Assembly (NCBI GenBank): GCA_963827475.1
Contig: CAWHAZ010000005.1
Span: forward strand, 352,001-416,000
Length of the DNA stretch: 64,000 nt
Reading direction: 5' to 3'
Origin: an uncultured Chloroflexia bacterium
GTDB lineage: Bacteria > Chloroflexota > Limnocylindria > QHBO01
The position numbers were made by a program, and so were the translations under genes. Under the pieces are notes generated by a model. That model did no database searches. It worked only from the letters and a program-made list of their open reading frames with translations, and was not told the DNA's origin. Below, piece after piece: positions 43,796 to 56,084 of the stretch. Every line of letters starts with the position of its first letter. Position 1 is the stretch's first letter.

Positions 43796-43944
43796 ACGTG
43801 ATCAAGAACATCGCCATCGCCATCGGGGCCATCCTGGCCGCGCTGATCATCGTCCCCCTCACGGTCCTGGCGGGCCTGTTCGTCTGGCTCAAGCTGACCG
43901 AGGAGGTCGATGACGAGCCCTGGGAGATCGACGACGCGATCTGA
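43792..43944 (+). CDS. Small single-TM protein (50 aa)
   Basis: MNVIKNIAIAIGAILAALIIVPLTVLAGLFVWLKLTEEVDDEPWEIDDAI*; ATGA overlap. Confidence 0.6.
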   Translation: MNVIKNIAIAIGAILAALIIVPLTVLAGLFVWLKLTEEVDDEPWEIDDAI

Positions 43945-43968
43945 CCCGGTGCGGCTCGGGTCCCTGAC

Positions 43969-44803
43969 CTAACCAGCCGGCCCGGAGGCCAGTCCCCAGG
44001 CGATCGTCCACAGCACCGCCGCGGCGAGCATCCCCTGCCACAGCCGGTGCGGGTCGGTCGCGCCCCGCAGGATCGCCACCAGCCCCAAAACGCCCAGCGC
44101 GAGCGGAGCCGCGGTGAGCTGGCCCCCGAGCAGGAAGCTGATCCCCACCCCGACGGCGACGCCGACGGCAAGCACCAGCGCGACCCGCTGACGCGGCCTG
44201 CCGTCCGAGGACCTGCGCCAGGCATCGGGACCCGACGGCCGCGTCGGCGTCGAAGTCGCGCAGGGTGTTGGCCAGGTGGGCCGCGGCCGCGAAGGGCGCC
44301 ACCAGCAGGACGGCGGGCGCGACGCGAGCGAGGGGCACGTCGACGCCGCTCGCAATCCACAGCGGCAGCAAGCCGAAGCTGATCATGTACGGCACCACGG
44401 ACAGCGGCGTCCGCGACAGCCACAGGTTGTAGACGAACGCCGAGCCGGTGGCCGCCGCGCCGATCACCAGTGACGCCGTCCCGAGCCGCCCGCTGGCGAC
44501 CAGCTGCACCGCCAGTCCGGCGGCCGCGATCCACAGCGCCATGGACGCCGACAGGTCACCGGCGGGCAGCGGCTTGTCCGCTCGAAGGCTGGCATCCCGC
44601 GCCTGGTCAGCCAGGTCGTTGATCGCGCCGGTGAACACCTGCGAGCCCCCGACCGCGGCCGTGGTGAGGGCCACCGCCGCGAGATCGATCGGCCCGCCAC
44701 CTTCGCGGGCGAGGATGAACGCCAGCGCCGCGCTGAGCGCGGTGACCGCGAGGGCAGGCGCCGGGTGCACGACCCTGATCGCGCCCAGCACCGTGGTCCG
44801 CAT
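43969..44803 (-). CDS. UbiA-family prenyltransferase (frameshift near 44200)
   Basis: NDLAD..RD....DKPL and HLANTLRDFDAD Asp-rich motifs. Confidence 0.85.
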
Positions 44804-44876
44804 CCCGGCATCGTAGCGGCGTCCGCCGGTGATCGGTCTGGCCCCAATCGAGTACCATCAGGACCCGGGTGGGTGA

Positions 44877-46697
<1,821 letters not shown>

Positions 46698-46704
46698 CCG
46701 CACC

Positions 46705-48300
46705 GTGACCCGGACCGCTCCCCGTCGGGCGGCGCCCCGGCGTCGCTCGTCCGGCGCCTTCGACCAGGCCGCCTACGAGCGCGAGGTCGAGACGTTTGCC
46801 GGCGAGCGGGGTGAGGCCGAGTACGCGAACCTGGCCGGCCTGCGGGCCGAGCTGGACCTCGCGTCCGTCTACCAGCGCCATGCCGGCCTCTTCTCGCCTG
46901 CCGCGATCGACGGTCTGCGCCAGGCCGCGGCCGGAACCGGCCCCGCGGCGGGCCGAGCCCAGCGGCTGCTGGGGTTCGCCGTCGCCGGCCACCTCGAGCA
47001 GGCGGCCGCCCCCCTCACCGACCGCATCGCCGCGGCCGAGTCCACGGCCGTCGTCGTCTGGCGCCGCGAACGGATCGGCTATCGCCGCGCCTCGATCCGG
47101 ATCGCCGAGATCAGCGACCGCACCGAACGGAACGCGCTCGACGAGCGCTACCGCCTGGCGATAGAGGCCATCAACCCGCTGCGCGAGGAGCGCTGGCTGA
47201 TCCTCCACGGCCAGGCCCGGACGCTCGGCGCGGCCGACTACGTCGCCCTTATGGCCGAGACGTCGGGGCTGGACCCGGAGGCCCTGGCCGCCGGGGCGTC
47301 CGCCTTCCTCACCGAATCGGAGACGCTGTACTACGCCGCCCTCCGCCGATACCTCGCCCTGATCGAGATCGAGGGCGGCGACGCGACCAAGGCCGACCTG
47401 TCGCACCTCCTGCGCGGCCGGAGCTGGGACCACTACTTCGACTCGGCCCGGCTGACCGAGGTCCTGGCCCGGACGTTGACCGGCCTGGGCATCGAGCTCG
47501 CGGCTCAGGACGGCATCACCCTCGACTTCGAGCCGCGACCCGCAAAGTCGCCTCGCGCGTTCTGCGTGCCGGTTCGCGTCCCGGGCGACGTCCGCCTCAT
47601 CGTCCAGCCCCGCGGCGGCCACGACGACTTCGGCAGCGCCCTTCACGAGATGGGCCACCTCCAGCATTTCGCGCATATCTCGGCGCGGCTGGATCCCGCG
47701 GACCGCTACGTCGGCGACGAGAGCGTCACCGAGGGTTGGGCGTTCCTGTTCCAGTACCTGCTCGCCGAGCCGGAGTTTCTGGCCGTCGAGCTGCGGATGC
47801 CGGCCGACGCCATCCCGGGCTGGCTCGATTTCAGCGCGTTCCGCAAGCTCTACTTCCTGCGCCGCTACGCGGCGAAGCTCCTGTACGAGCTGCGCCTCCA
47901 CCGCGGTGGGGAGACCGCCGTGCACCGTGCGGAGTACGCCGGGTTGCTCGGCCTGCTGACCGGGGTCAGGACGCCGGACGCGGGCTACCTGGCCGATGTC
48001 GACGACGGCCTGTATGCGGCCCGCTACCTGCGGGCGTGGCAGGCGGAGGCCAGCCTGTCGACCGGGCTTCGCGACCGCTTCGGCGCCGCGTGGTGGCGCT
48101 CACCGCAGGCCGGGGCGTTTCTGCGCGAGCTGTGGTCGGCTGGACTGGGACCATCTGCCGAGGACGTGGTTGCCTCGCTCGGGTATGATCACCTCGATTG
48201 GCGGCCGGTCCTGCGCCAGATCCGCGCGCAGCTGATCGGTGCAATGAGTGGTTACGGCGGGCCGAACATTACGACCCGTGCCGGAAGCCGCAAGGTCTGA
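46705..48300 (+). CDS. M3-like (gluzincin) metallopeptidase
   Basis: KSPRAFC, LHEMGHLQH (HExxH), SVTEGWA. Confidence 0.7.
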   Translation: MTRTAPRRAAPRRRSSGAFDQAAYEREVETFAGERGEAEYANLAGLRAELDLASVYQRHAGLFSPAAIDGLRQAAAGTGPAAGRAQRLLGFAVAGHLEQAAAPLTDRIAAAESTAVVVWRRERIGYRRASIRIAEISDRTERNALDERYRLAIEAINPLREERWLILHGQARTLGAADYVALMAETSGLDPEALAAGASAFLTESETLYYAALRRYLALIEIEGGDATKADLSHLLRGRSWDHYFDSARLTEVLARTLTGLGIELAAQDGITLDFEPRPAKSPRAFCVPVRVPGDVRLIVQPRGGHDDFGSALHEMGHLQHFAHISARLDPADRYVGDESVTEGWAFLFQYLLAEPEFLAVELRMPADAIPGWLDFSAFRKLYFLRRYAAKLLYELRLHRGGETAVHRAEYAGLLGLLTGVRTPDAGYLADVDDGLYAARYLRAWQAEASLSTGLRDRFGAAWWRSPQAGAFLRELWSAGLGPSAEDVVASLGYDHLDWRPVLRQIRAQLIGAMSGYGGPNITTRAGSRKV

Positions 48301-48390
48301 CCGGACGCCGACAGTCACCCCACCCGGAGCCTCACGTGGCCATGTGGCCCACATCGCGCTCCGCTTTCCCTTGACGGAGATGTCTCCCCC

Positions 48391-49854
48391 ATGAATGACG
48401 AACCTCGCCAGCCGCGACGCGGACGACCGCGACGCCGGCCCGATGGCGGCGGCTCCCGCCAACGGCACGGCGGCGGAGCCCGCGGCAACTTCCAGCGCCG
48501 CCGGGATTACGGGCCCGGGTATGCATCGGTCTATGCCGGTCCGTACCCGCAGGCGCACGACGAGCCGGCGCTGACCCTGGCTGAGCTCCAGGAGAAGTCG
48601 ATCGACGAGCTGCGCGAGCTGGCGACCGAGTACGGCATCGAGGCCGACGGCCTCGAGCACTCGGATCTCGTCCTCAAGCTGCTGGACGCGGTCCCCCTGG
48701 CCCAGGGCAGTCGCCGCGAGGAGATCGTGCCGGGCGAGGTGGCGGGCATCCTGGAGATCGTCGACGAGGGCTTCGCGTTCCTCCGCGTCGACGGCGTCAT
48801 GCCCTCGCAGGACGACATCTACGTCTCGTCCAGCATCGTCCGTCGCTTTGGGCTGCGCACCGGCGATCGGATTGTCGGCCAGAGCCGCGCCCCGAAGGAC
48901 CAGGAGAAGTACTGGGGCCTGGCCCGAGTCGACATGGTCAACGGGATCGATCCCGAGCTCGCCCGCCGCCGCCCGCACTTCGACTCGCTGGTGCCGGTCT
49001 TCCCCGACGAAATGTTCGACCTGGAGGTCGATCCCAAGAACCTCACCCAGCGCCTCATCAACCTGATCGCCCCCATCGGCAAGGGGCAGCGTGGCCTCAT
49101 CCTGTCGCCGGCCAAGGCCGGCAAGACCACCGTCCTGAAGAACATCGCGCACGGCATCACCGAGAACCACGCGGACGCGCTGCTCATGGTCGCGCTCATC
49201 GGCGAGCGGCCCGAGGAAGTCACCGACATGCAGCGCTCGGTGCAGGGCGAGATCTACGCCTCCACCTTCGACGAGCCGACCGAGAACCACACCCGGGTCG
49301 CGGAAATGACCCTGGAGATCGCCAAGCGGCAGGTCGAGACCGGGCGCGACGTCGTCATCCTGCTCGACTCCATCACCCGCCTGGCACGGGCCTACAACCT
49401 GGCCCTGCCGGCATCGGGCAAGACCCTGTCCGGTGGCGTGGATCCCGCGGCCCTGTACCCGCCCAAGCGCTTCTTCGGCGCCGCGCGGAACATCGAGGGC
49501 GGCGGCAGCCTGACCGTCATCGCGACCTGCCTGGTCGACACCGGCTCGCGGATGGATGACGTCATCTACGAGGAGTTCAAGGGCACCGGCAACATGGAGC
49601 TCCTCCTCGACCGCAAGCTGTCCGAGAAGCGCATCTTCCCGGCCCTCGACGTCCTCCGTTCGGGGACCCGGCGCGAGGAGCTGCTGCTCGACGACAACAC
49701 GCTGAAGATGGTGTGGACCATGCGCCGCATGCTCAGCGCCCTCGGACCGAACGAGGGGATCGAGCTGCTCATGCAGCGGCTGGGCAAGACCAAGGACAAC
49801 GCCGAGTTCCTCGTCCAGCTGTCGAAGAGCGTCGAGGCATCCGAGGGCAGATGA
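48391..49854 (+). CDS. rho: Transcription termination factor Rho
   Basis: [54 protein letters not shown]. Confidence 0.97.
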   Translation: MNDEPRQPRRGRPRRRPDGGGSRQRHGGGARGNFQRRRDYGPGYASVYAGPYPQAHDEPALTLAELQEKSIDELRELATEYGIEADGLEHSDLVLKLLDAVPLAQGSRREEIVPGEVAGILEIVDEGFAFLRVDGVMPSQDDIYVSSSIVRRFGLRTGDRIVGQSRAPKDQEKYWGLARVDMVNGIDPELARRRPHFDSLVPVFPDEMFDLEVDPKNLTQRLINLIAPIGKGQRGLILSPAKAGKTTVLKNIAHGITENHADALLMVALIGERPEEVTDMQRSVQGEIYASTFDEPTENHTRVAEMTLEIAKRQVETGRDVVILLDSITRLARAYNLALPASGKTLSGGVDPAALYPPKRFFGAARNIEGGGSLTVIATCLVDTGSRMDDVIYEEFKGTGNMELLLDRKLSEKRIFPALDVLRSGTRREELLLDDNTLKMVWTMRRMLSALGPNEGIELLMQRLGKTKDNAEFLVQLSKSVEASEGR

Positions 49855-51239
49855 AGCCGATGAGGCCGCGTCGCGGCCTCCGTCGGACCGATCCGTCGCC
49901 CGCTCCCCTGGTCACCGGCCTCGTCCTGTCCCTGGCGTTGGCCGCCTGCGCCTCGGGCTCGGGCAGCCCGGTGGTCTCGGCCGATCCGTCGTCCTCCGCA
50001 CCGGCCTCGGCCGGCGGGAGCGCCGGCATCGGTCAGGTCGTACCCGCCCCCGGCTCGGACAGCCGGATCTTTGGTCCGAACCCGGGCGCGATCGTGGTCG
50101 GCATCGATCCGGGGCACGGTGGCTGCCTGGACTGGGGCGTGCCGAATCCGTACGACAACACCGTGGAGCGGTCGGAGAAGGCGCTGACCCTGGCCATATC
50201 GCTCGCCCTCCGCGAGCGGCTCGAGGCCGAGGGAGTGACCGTGGTCATGACCCGCGACACCGACGTGGCCCTCGCCGGGGACCTCTACCCCGATCTCGGC
50301 TGCCACGGCGACCCCTTCCGTGACGTGAACGGCGACGGGCTTGCCGGCTTCGGCCCCGACCTGCCGGAGGCGACCCGCACACGGGACGAGCTGTCCGCCC
50401 ACATCGACCTGCTCAACCTCGCCCGCGCCGACGTCCTGCTCAGCGTCCACATCAACTCGTTCACCGAGAACGGGGTCGTGATCGAGGTCGCCGGGACGGA
50501 GACCTACTGGACCGATGAGACGCCGTGGGGCGTCCCGCACTCGGAACGGCTGGCGACCGAGGTCCAGGCCGAGGTCGTGGCCGCGCTCGATGGGCTGGCG
50601 TCCTACGAGCGCCAGGACCGCGGCACCGACGCCGTGAACTACTACGTCATCGCCCCGCCGACGACGAGCGGCGACCCGGCCGAGCCCCGCCGCGGAAGCC
50701 TGATGCCCGGCGTGCTGGCCGAGGTCGGATCCATGTCGCTGGCCGCCGAGGCGGACCTGCTGGCGACCGCCGAGGGCCAGGAGGCGATCGCCGACGCCCT
50801 GCTCGAGGCGCTGGTCGCCTGGTTCGATGGCCGCGGGCACGCGGCACGGTTCGACCTGGAGGTCCCCGGCGGCGCGGCGGGCCGCGTCCCGGAGGTCGTC
50901 CCCGGCACCGGCCCGCCGTTCTGGGCCGTGGCCGTCGATGATCCGGCGGGACTCCGGTTGCGGCTCACGAACACCGGTCCGACGACGTGGCCGGCCGACG
51001 TCTCGCTCCTGCTCGGCTGGTCGTCGTCCGCCGACCCCTACCTGGCCCGCCCGCCGGAGCTCGACCCGCTGCCGGCGGACGTGCCCCCGTTGGCGCCCGG
51101 TGAATCGGTGGTCCTCGTCCTCGACGTACCTTCGCCGCCCGCCGCCGACCGGTCCGTGGCCTGGCTCACGCTGGAAATCGACGGGATGGTGCTCGCCGAC
51201 ACCGGCAATCCCGCGCTTCAATTCGCCTCGGAACGCTAG
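49851..51239 (+). CDS. N-acetylmuramoyl-L-alanine amidase (Amidase_3) lipoprotein
   Basis: Lipobox LAAC, IDPGHGG, EK..TL, SVHIN, LAEVG. Confidence 0.85.
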   Translation: MKPMRPRRGLRRTDPSPAPLVTGLVLSLALAACASGSGSPVVSADPSSSAPASAGGSAGIGQVVPAPGSDSRIFGPNPGAIVVGIDPGHGGCLDWGVPNPYDNTVERSEKALTLAISLALRERLEAEGVTVVMTRDTDVALAGDLYPDLGCHGDPFRDVNGDGLAGFGPDLPEATRTRDELSAHIDLLNLARADVLLSVHINSFTENGVVIEVAGTETYWTDETPWGVPHSERLATEVQAEVVAALDGLASYERQDRGTDAVNYYVIAPPTTSGDPAEPRRGSLMPGVLAEVGSMSLAAEADLLATAEGQEAIADALLEALVAWFDGRGHAARFDLEVPGGAAGRVPEVVPGTGPPFWAVAVDDPAGLRLRLTNTGPTTWPADVSLLLGWSSSADPYLARPPELDPLPADVPPLAPGESVVLVLDVPSPPAADRSVAWLTLEIDGMVLADTGNPALQFASER

Positions 51240-51244
51240 ATTGG

Positions 51245-51274
51245 TTGACCTGCCTTTGACGGCCTTGCTAGGAT
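51245..51274 (+). promoter_or_regulatory. Sigma70-type promoter upstream of the M23 gene
   Basis: TTGACC-18 nt-TAGGAT with extended TG. Confidence 0.55.
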
Positions 51275-51376
51275 CGCCCCGCACGACGCCAACCGTGCCC
51301 CTGCTGCGGTCCTCGACCGGATCGCCCCCCGGCGTCGAGTTCGTTCGCGAAGAACACGCCCAGGAGCCAGCGCATA

Positions 51377-52162
51377 TTGGTTGACTCGTCCCGGCCGGTG
51401 CGCCGCCGTCGTCGTAGCCATGGCACAGCCGCCCGCGGCTTGGCCCACCTCGCGGTCGTTGCGCTGGTGGCGGGCAGCGTCAGCCTTGGCGTGCTGGCGG
51501 CGCAGGGCCTCATCGGTCTGGACAGCACGGCCATCCGTGTCGTGGCTCCTGCGCTGGGTGCGGTCTCCGAGCGGGCCGCTGCCGCCGAAGACCAGGCGGT
51601 GACGATCGAGATCGAGCCCGAGGTCGCGGCCGAGGCGGAGTCCGAGGTCGAGGCCGAGGTCATGATCGAGGAGCGGGCCACCGCGACCCCGCCGCCCGAG
51701 GTCCCCCTCGCCATCATCCTGCCCCCGCCCCCGCCACCGGTCCGCACCGGGTCGGTCGGACCTTCGCTTCCGTTTGCCGGCCCGACCGGCTACGTGGACG
51801 GCGACGGCTCGCTGACGTGGCCGGTGCCCGGCGGATACGTCTCGCAATACTTCTGGGGCGGGCACCGGGGCCTGGACATCGCCCACGCCGCGGGCGGGCC
51901 CGTGGTGGCTGCCGACACCGGCACCGTCGTCTCGGCCGGGTGGGTCAACAACGGCGGCGGTTGGGTGATCACCATCCAGCATGCCGATGGGCGCACCACC
52001 GCGTACAACCACCTCGGCGCGATCCTGGTGGGCAACGGCCAGGGCGTCACCCGCGGGCAGCAGATCGCGACGGTCGGCTGCAGCGGCTGGTGCACCGGGC
52101 CGCACGTCCACTTCGTGGTGATCGTCAACGGCGTCATCGTCAACCCGCTGCGCTTCCTGTAA
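51377..52162 (+). CDS. M23-family metallopeptidase
   Basis: HRGLDIA, YNHL, TGPHVHF; N-terminal TM. Confidence 0.88.
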   Translation: MVDSSRPVRRRRRSHGTAARGLAHLAVVALVAGSVSLGVLAAQGLIGLDSTAIRVVAPALGAVSERAAAAEDQAVTIEIEPEVAAEAESEVEAEVMIEERATATPPPEVPLAIILPPPPPPVRTGSVGPSLPFAGPTGYVDGDGSLTWPVPGGYVSQYFWGGHRGLDIAHAAGGPVVAADTGTVVSAGWVNNGGGWVITIQHADGRTTAYNHLGAILVGNGQGVTRGQQIATVGCSGWCTGPHVHFVVIVNGVIVNPLRFL

Positions 52163-52189
52163 CCAGCCGCTCCGTATCATCGGAGCACG

Positions 52190-53479
52190 ATGTTCGCGGA
52201 CCGCGTCCGAATCCACGTGACCGCCGGCGCCGGCGGCGACGGCTCGCCGTCCATGCGCCGCGAGGCTCACGTGCCGCGTGGCGGCCCTGACGGCGGCGAC
52301 GGCGGTCGGGGCGGGTCGGTCATCCTCCTCGCCGAGGCCGGCCTCACGTCCCTCGGTGCGTATCGCCACTCCCCGCACGTGAAGGGCACGTCCGGCGGTC
52401 GGGGCGCGCGGCGACGGGCGCACGGGCGCGACGGGACCGACGCGGTCGTGGTCGTCCCCCCGGGAACGGTGGCCCGTCGGCATCCCGAGGGGGAGCTGCT
52501 GGGCGAGGTCCTCGCTCCCGGCGACCGCCTGGTCCTCGCCCGGGGCGGCCGTGGGGGGCGCGGCAACGTCCACTTCGTGTCGTCCACGCACCAGGCGCCC
52601 CGCCACTACGAGCGCGGTGATCCGGGCGAGGAGGGGTGGATCGAGCTCGAGCTGAAGCTCATCGCCGAGGTCGGGTTCGTCGGGGCGCCGAATGCCGGCA
52701 AGTCGACCCTGCTGGCGGCGCTGACCGCAGCCCGGCCCGAGGTGGGGCCCTATCCGTTCACCACCACCACGCCCAACCTCGGCGTCATCGACCTCGGCGA
52801 CGAGGACGCGGGCGAGCGCACCGCGGTCATCGCTGACGTGCCCGGCCTGGTCGAGGGAGCGCACCGCGGGCAGGGGCTCGGGCACGAGTTCCTGCGCCAC
52901 GTCGAGCGCTGCCGCGTCCTCCTCGGCGTCGTGGACGGCGCCGCCGACGATCCGGTCGGTGAATGGCGAGCGGTGGCCGAGGAGCTCCGGCTCCACGACC
53001 CCGCCCTGCTCGCCCGCCCGCTGCGGGTGGTCGTCACCAAGCAGGATCTGCCCGAGGCGCGGCAGCAGTGGTCGGAGGCCGAGGCCGCCCTGCGCGGAAA
53101 CGGTCTGCAGCCGATCGCGGTGTCCGCCCACGACGGCACCGGGCTCGAGGAGCTGCGTGCCGCCCTGGCCGATGCGCTCGCCGAAGCAGACCGCCGCGCG
53201 CCGACCGACGCCCCACCGCCCGCCCGACGGCTGCACCGCTTCGATCCTGCGACCGAGGGCTGGGAGGTGGTGGCCGAAGCCGACGGCCTCCGCGTCCGCG
53301 GCACCGCCATCGAGCGATCGGCGGCCCGCACCGACTTCACCAACGCCGAGTCCCGGGATCGGTTCCAGCGTCGCCTGGAACGGATGGGTGTCGACGCCGA
53401 GCTCCGCCGCCAGGGGGCGAGGGACGGCACGACCGTGCACATCGGTCCCCTCGAGCTCGAATGGGGTGACGAGGAGTGA
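52190..53479 (+). CDS. obgE: GTPase ObgE
   Basis: GGPDGGDGGRGG, GAPNAGKST, YPFTT, DVPGL, FLRHVER; C-terminal DUF1967. Confidence 0.96.
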   Translation: MFADRVRIHVTAGAGGDGSPSMRREAHVPRGGPDGGDGGRGGSVILLAEAGLTSLGAYRHSPHVKGTSGGRGARRRAHGRDGTDAVVVVPPGTVARRHPEGELLGEVLAPGDRLVLARGGRGGRGNVHFVSSTHQAPRHYERGDPGEEGWIELELKLIAEVGFVGAPNAGKSTLLAALTAARPEVGPYPFTTTTPNLGVIDLGDEDAGERTAVIADVPGLVEGAHRGQGLGHEFLRHVERCRVLLGVVDGAADDPVGEWRAVAEELRLHDPALLARPLRVVVTKQDLPEARQQWSEAEAALRGNGLQPIAVSAHDGTGLEELRAALADALAEADRRAPTDAPPPARRLHRFDPATEGWEVVAEADGLRVRGTAIERSAARTDFTNAESRDRFQRRLERMGVDAELRRQGARDGTTVHIGPLELEWGDEE

Positions 53480-54168
53480 GCACCAGCCCGCCAAAGACCC
53501 GCGCTCGCAGCCGGCTGGTGCCCGTGCGGCAGCCGGAGCCATCCACCCGAACCGAGCCCGCTCGCCGCGAGCGGCTCGGGGTCCTCGGCGGGACCTTCGA
53601 CCCGCCGCATCTCGGCCACCTCTGGCTGGCCACGACCGCCGCCGACGAGATGGACCTGTCCAAGGTGCTTCTCGTGCCGGCCGCCAATCCACCCCACAAG
53701 CGGCGCCGGGCGATCAGCCATGCGGCGGATCGCGTGCTCATGACCCGGCTGGCGGTGGCCAACGACCCCCGTCTCGACGTCTCCCTCGTCGAGCTGGAGC
53801 GGGACGGGCCGTCCTACACGGTCGACACCCTGGACGAGCTCGGCCGGCGCCACCCCGATGTCGACCTCGTGCTGATCATGGCCGCCGACAGCCTGGCCCA
53901 GGTCGAGACCTGGCGCGAGCCCGACCGCCTCCTCGAGCTCGCGATCTGGGCAGTCGGTCCGCGGCCCGGCATCACGCTCCCGACCCGGGCCGAGCTGACG
54001 GCACGGTGGGGGAAGGCCGCCTCCCGCATCCACCTCCTCGGCGGTCCGGCGCTGGACATCAGCGCCAGCCACATCCGCCGCCGCGTGGCGGCCGAACGCG
54101 CCATCCGCTACCTTGTGCCCCGAGCGGTCGAAGAGCTCATCGTCGACCGCCGTCTGTACCGTCGCTGA
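53476..54168 (+). CDS. nadD: Nicotinate-nucleotide adenylyltransferase
   Basis: GGTFDPPHLGH, PPHK, SYTVDT, ISASHIR. Confidence 0.94.
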   Translation: MSTSPPKTRARSRLVPVRQPEPSTRTEPARRERLGVLGGTFDPPHLGHLWLATTAADEMDLSKVLLVPAANPPHKRRRAISHAADRVLMTRLAVANDPRLDVSLVELERDGPSYTVDTLDELGRRHPDVDLVLIMAADSLAQVETWREPDRLLELAIWAVGPRPGITLPTRAELTARWGKAASRIHLLGGPALDISASHIRRRVAAERAIRYLVPRAVEELIVDRRLYRR

Positions 54169-54222
54169 CCTGTCGTTGACCCCAGGGCCCGGAGGACCAT
54201 CCTGCAGGAACCGACCCCGAAC

Positions 54223-54588
54223 GTGACCCCGCTCCACGCCGAGCTGGACCCCACCGAGCTCGCCCATCGGATCGTGGAGATCGTGTCCGACCACAAGGGC
54301 AGCGACGTGGTGATGCTGAAGACCGGGGAGCTGACATCCCTGGCCGACTACTTCGTGATCGCGACCGGCCGCTCGGACCGCCAGGTGTCGGCCCTCGCCG
54401 GCGCGCTGGTGGAGGAGCTCCGCGCTCAGGGTGTCCGACCGCTCGGGGTCGAGGGCCGCTCGGGCGCCCGATGGGTGCTCCTCGACTTCAACGACGTGAT
54501 CGTCCACCTGTTCACCCCCGACGAGCGGGAGCGCTACGACCTCGAGCGGCTGTGGAGCGCCGCTCCCGCGGTGGTTCGCCTGGTCTGA
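54223..54588 (+). CDS. rsfS: Ribosome silencing factor
   Basis: ADYFVIATG.S..QV, WVLLD..DVIVHLF, YDLERLW. Confidence 0.94.
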   Translation: MTPLHAELDPTELAHRIVEIVSDHKGSDVVMLKTGELTSLADYFVIATGRSDRQVSALAGALVEELRAQGVRPLGVEGRSGARWVLLDFNDVIVHLFTPDERERYDLERLWSAAPAVVRLV

Positions 54589-54770
54589 CCGCCGCCCCGG
54601 CCCGACCCCCGCGCTCCGCCGGCCATCGGTACCCCCGAGGTACCACCCCAGGGACCCTCGTGGAGCGTGGACGCACCACCTGCTGACGTCCATTCGCCCA
54701 CGGGCCGGTACCAGCCCCGGGTACGGGGGTCCTATTGAGGGAGGCCCATGGCGACCGCATTGTCGGCGCC

Positions 54771-55034
54771 ATGAGCACGACTCGGAAGCGCGACGTCCCC
54801 GCGGTCGAATCCTGCCGCTATTGCGGTGGCGGGCTCCTGACCTCGGTCTTCGACACGTCCTTCCGCGACGAGAGCATCGAGGAGCGGCTGTTCTTCGCCC
54901 TCCCCGGCGCCCTCTGCCTGCCGTGCAAGCAGCTGTACATCGACCACCAGCTGATCGGCATCCTCGGCCTCTCGAACGCGCGCTGCACCTTCGCGATCGA
55001 GAGCGACCGCGTCCTGCGCGCCGGCGCCGCCTGA
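54771..55034 (+). CDS. Small CxxC...CxxC zinc-finger protein
   Basis: CRYCGG...CLPCKQ; possible upstream start at ATG 54748 (strong SD) if there is a 1-nt indel. Confidence 0.6.
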   Translation: MSTTRKRDVPAVESCRYCGGGLLTSVFDTSFRDESIEERLFFALPGALCLPCKQLYIDHQLIGILGLSNARCTFAIESDRVLRAGAA

Positions 55035-55036
55035 TC

Positions 55037-56075
55037 TCAGGCCCGGGCGCCCGCCGGGGCCGCTCCGAGCACGAACTCTCCGAGCCATGCCGCGAGCGCG
55101 GCCTCCGGCTCCGCTGACTGGGTCTTGATCGCCAGGTCCGCCTCGAACAGCCCGCTCAGCATCGCTTCCAGCTCCGACCCGCTGTAGCGCTTCGCCGCGG
55201 TCGCGATCCTCCCGACGGCCGTCGGGTTGCCCGGGCGCAGCCGTTTCGTCATCTCGGCGGGGGTCGCTCCCTGGCCCAGCAGGTCGCGGGCCACGATGAG
55301 GTCCGCCACCCGCGACTCGAGAGCGGCCATGATCTTCAGCACCGGCTCGCCCTCGTCGAACGCACGTTGCAGTGCCTCGGCCGCCCGTCGCCCGTCCCGC
55401 CGCTCCACCGCGTTGGCCACGGCATTGACCGATGGCGGCCGGACGTCGGCCACCAGCGCCTCGACGTCCGCGACGTCGATCGGCCGGTCCTCGACCGCAA
55501 TGGAGAGCTTGCTGCAGCTCCGCATCGGCGACCCGCGTCTGCTCGCTGCGCTCGACGTCGTTCTCCCACACGCCGCCGATGCGCTCGGCGAGTGCGGCCG
55601 CCGCCGTGGGACGGATGTCGATGCCCAGCTCCACCGCGTGGCGGGATACCCAGCCCCGCAGCTCGTCGCGGCGCGGCGCCGGGCAGGCGACCACCTGGCC
55701 GTCGGCGGCGCGGACTGCCGCCTCGAGCCGGCCGAGCAGCGCCGGGGGCCGCCCGGCGTCCCGCGACGGCCGGAGTTCGGCGAGAGCGAGCGCCGCACCG
55801 TCGGGGAGCGCCTCGACCATGCCCAGCAGTCGGTCCGCCGCCGCGCTGGACGTTCCGGCGGCCCGCAACGGCTGGCGGATGACGACGCAATGCGTCCCGA
55901 ACATCCCGACCGTCGCGGCCTCGAGCCGCGCCCGTTCGAGAAGCGGCTCATCCGGTGTTCGCTCCGGAGTGAGCACCACGGTCCCGGTCGCACCGGCTTG
56001 ATCGGCGAAGGCGGCGACGGCTCGGTCGATCTGGTACGCGTCGTCGCCGTGGGCCAGCAGGACCTTTCCGCTCAC
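55037..56075 (-). CDS. holA: DNA polymerase III delta subunit (frameshift near 55510)
   Basis: LLAHGDD N-terminus, EADLAIKT C-terminus; conserved comEA-comEC-holA order. Confidence 0.85.
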
Positions 56076-56084
56076 CGGCCGATC

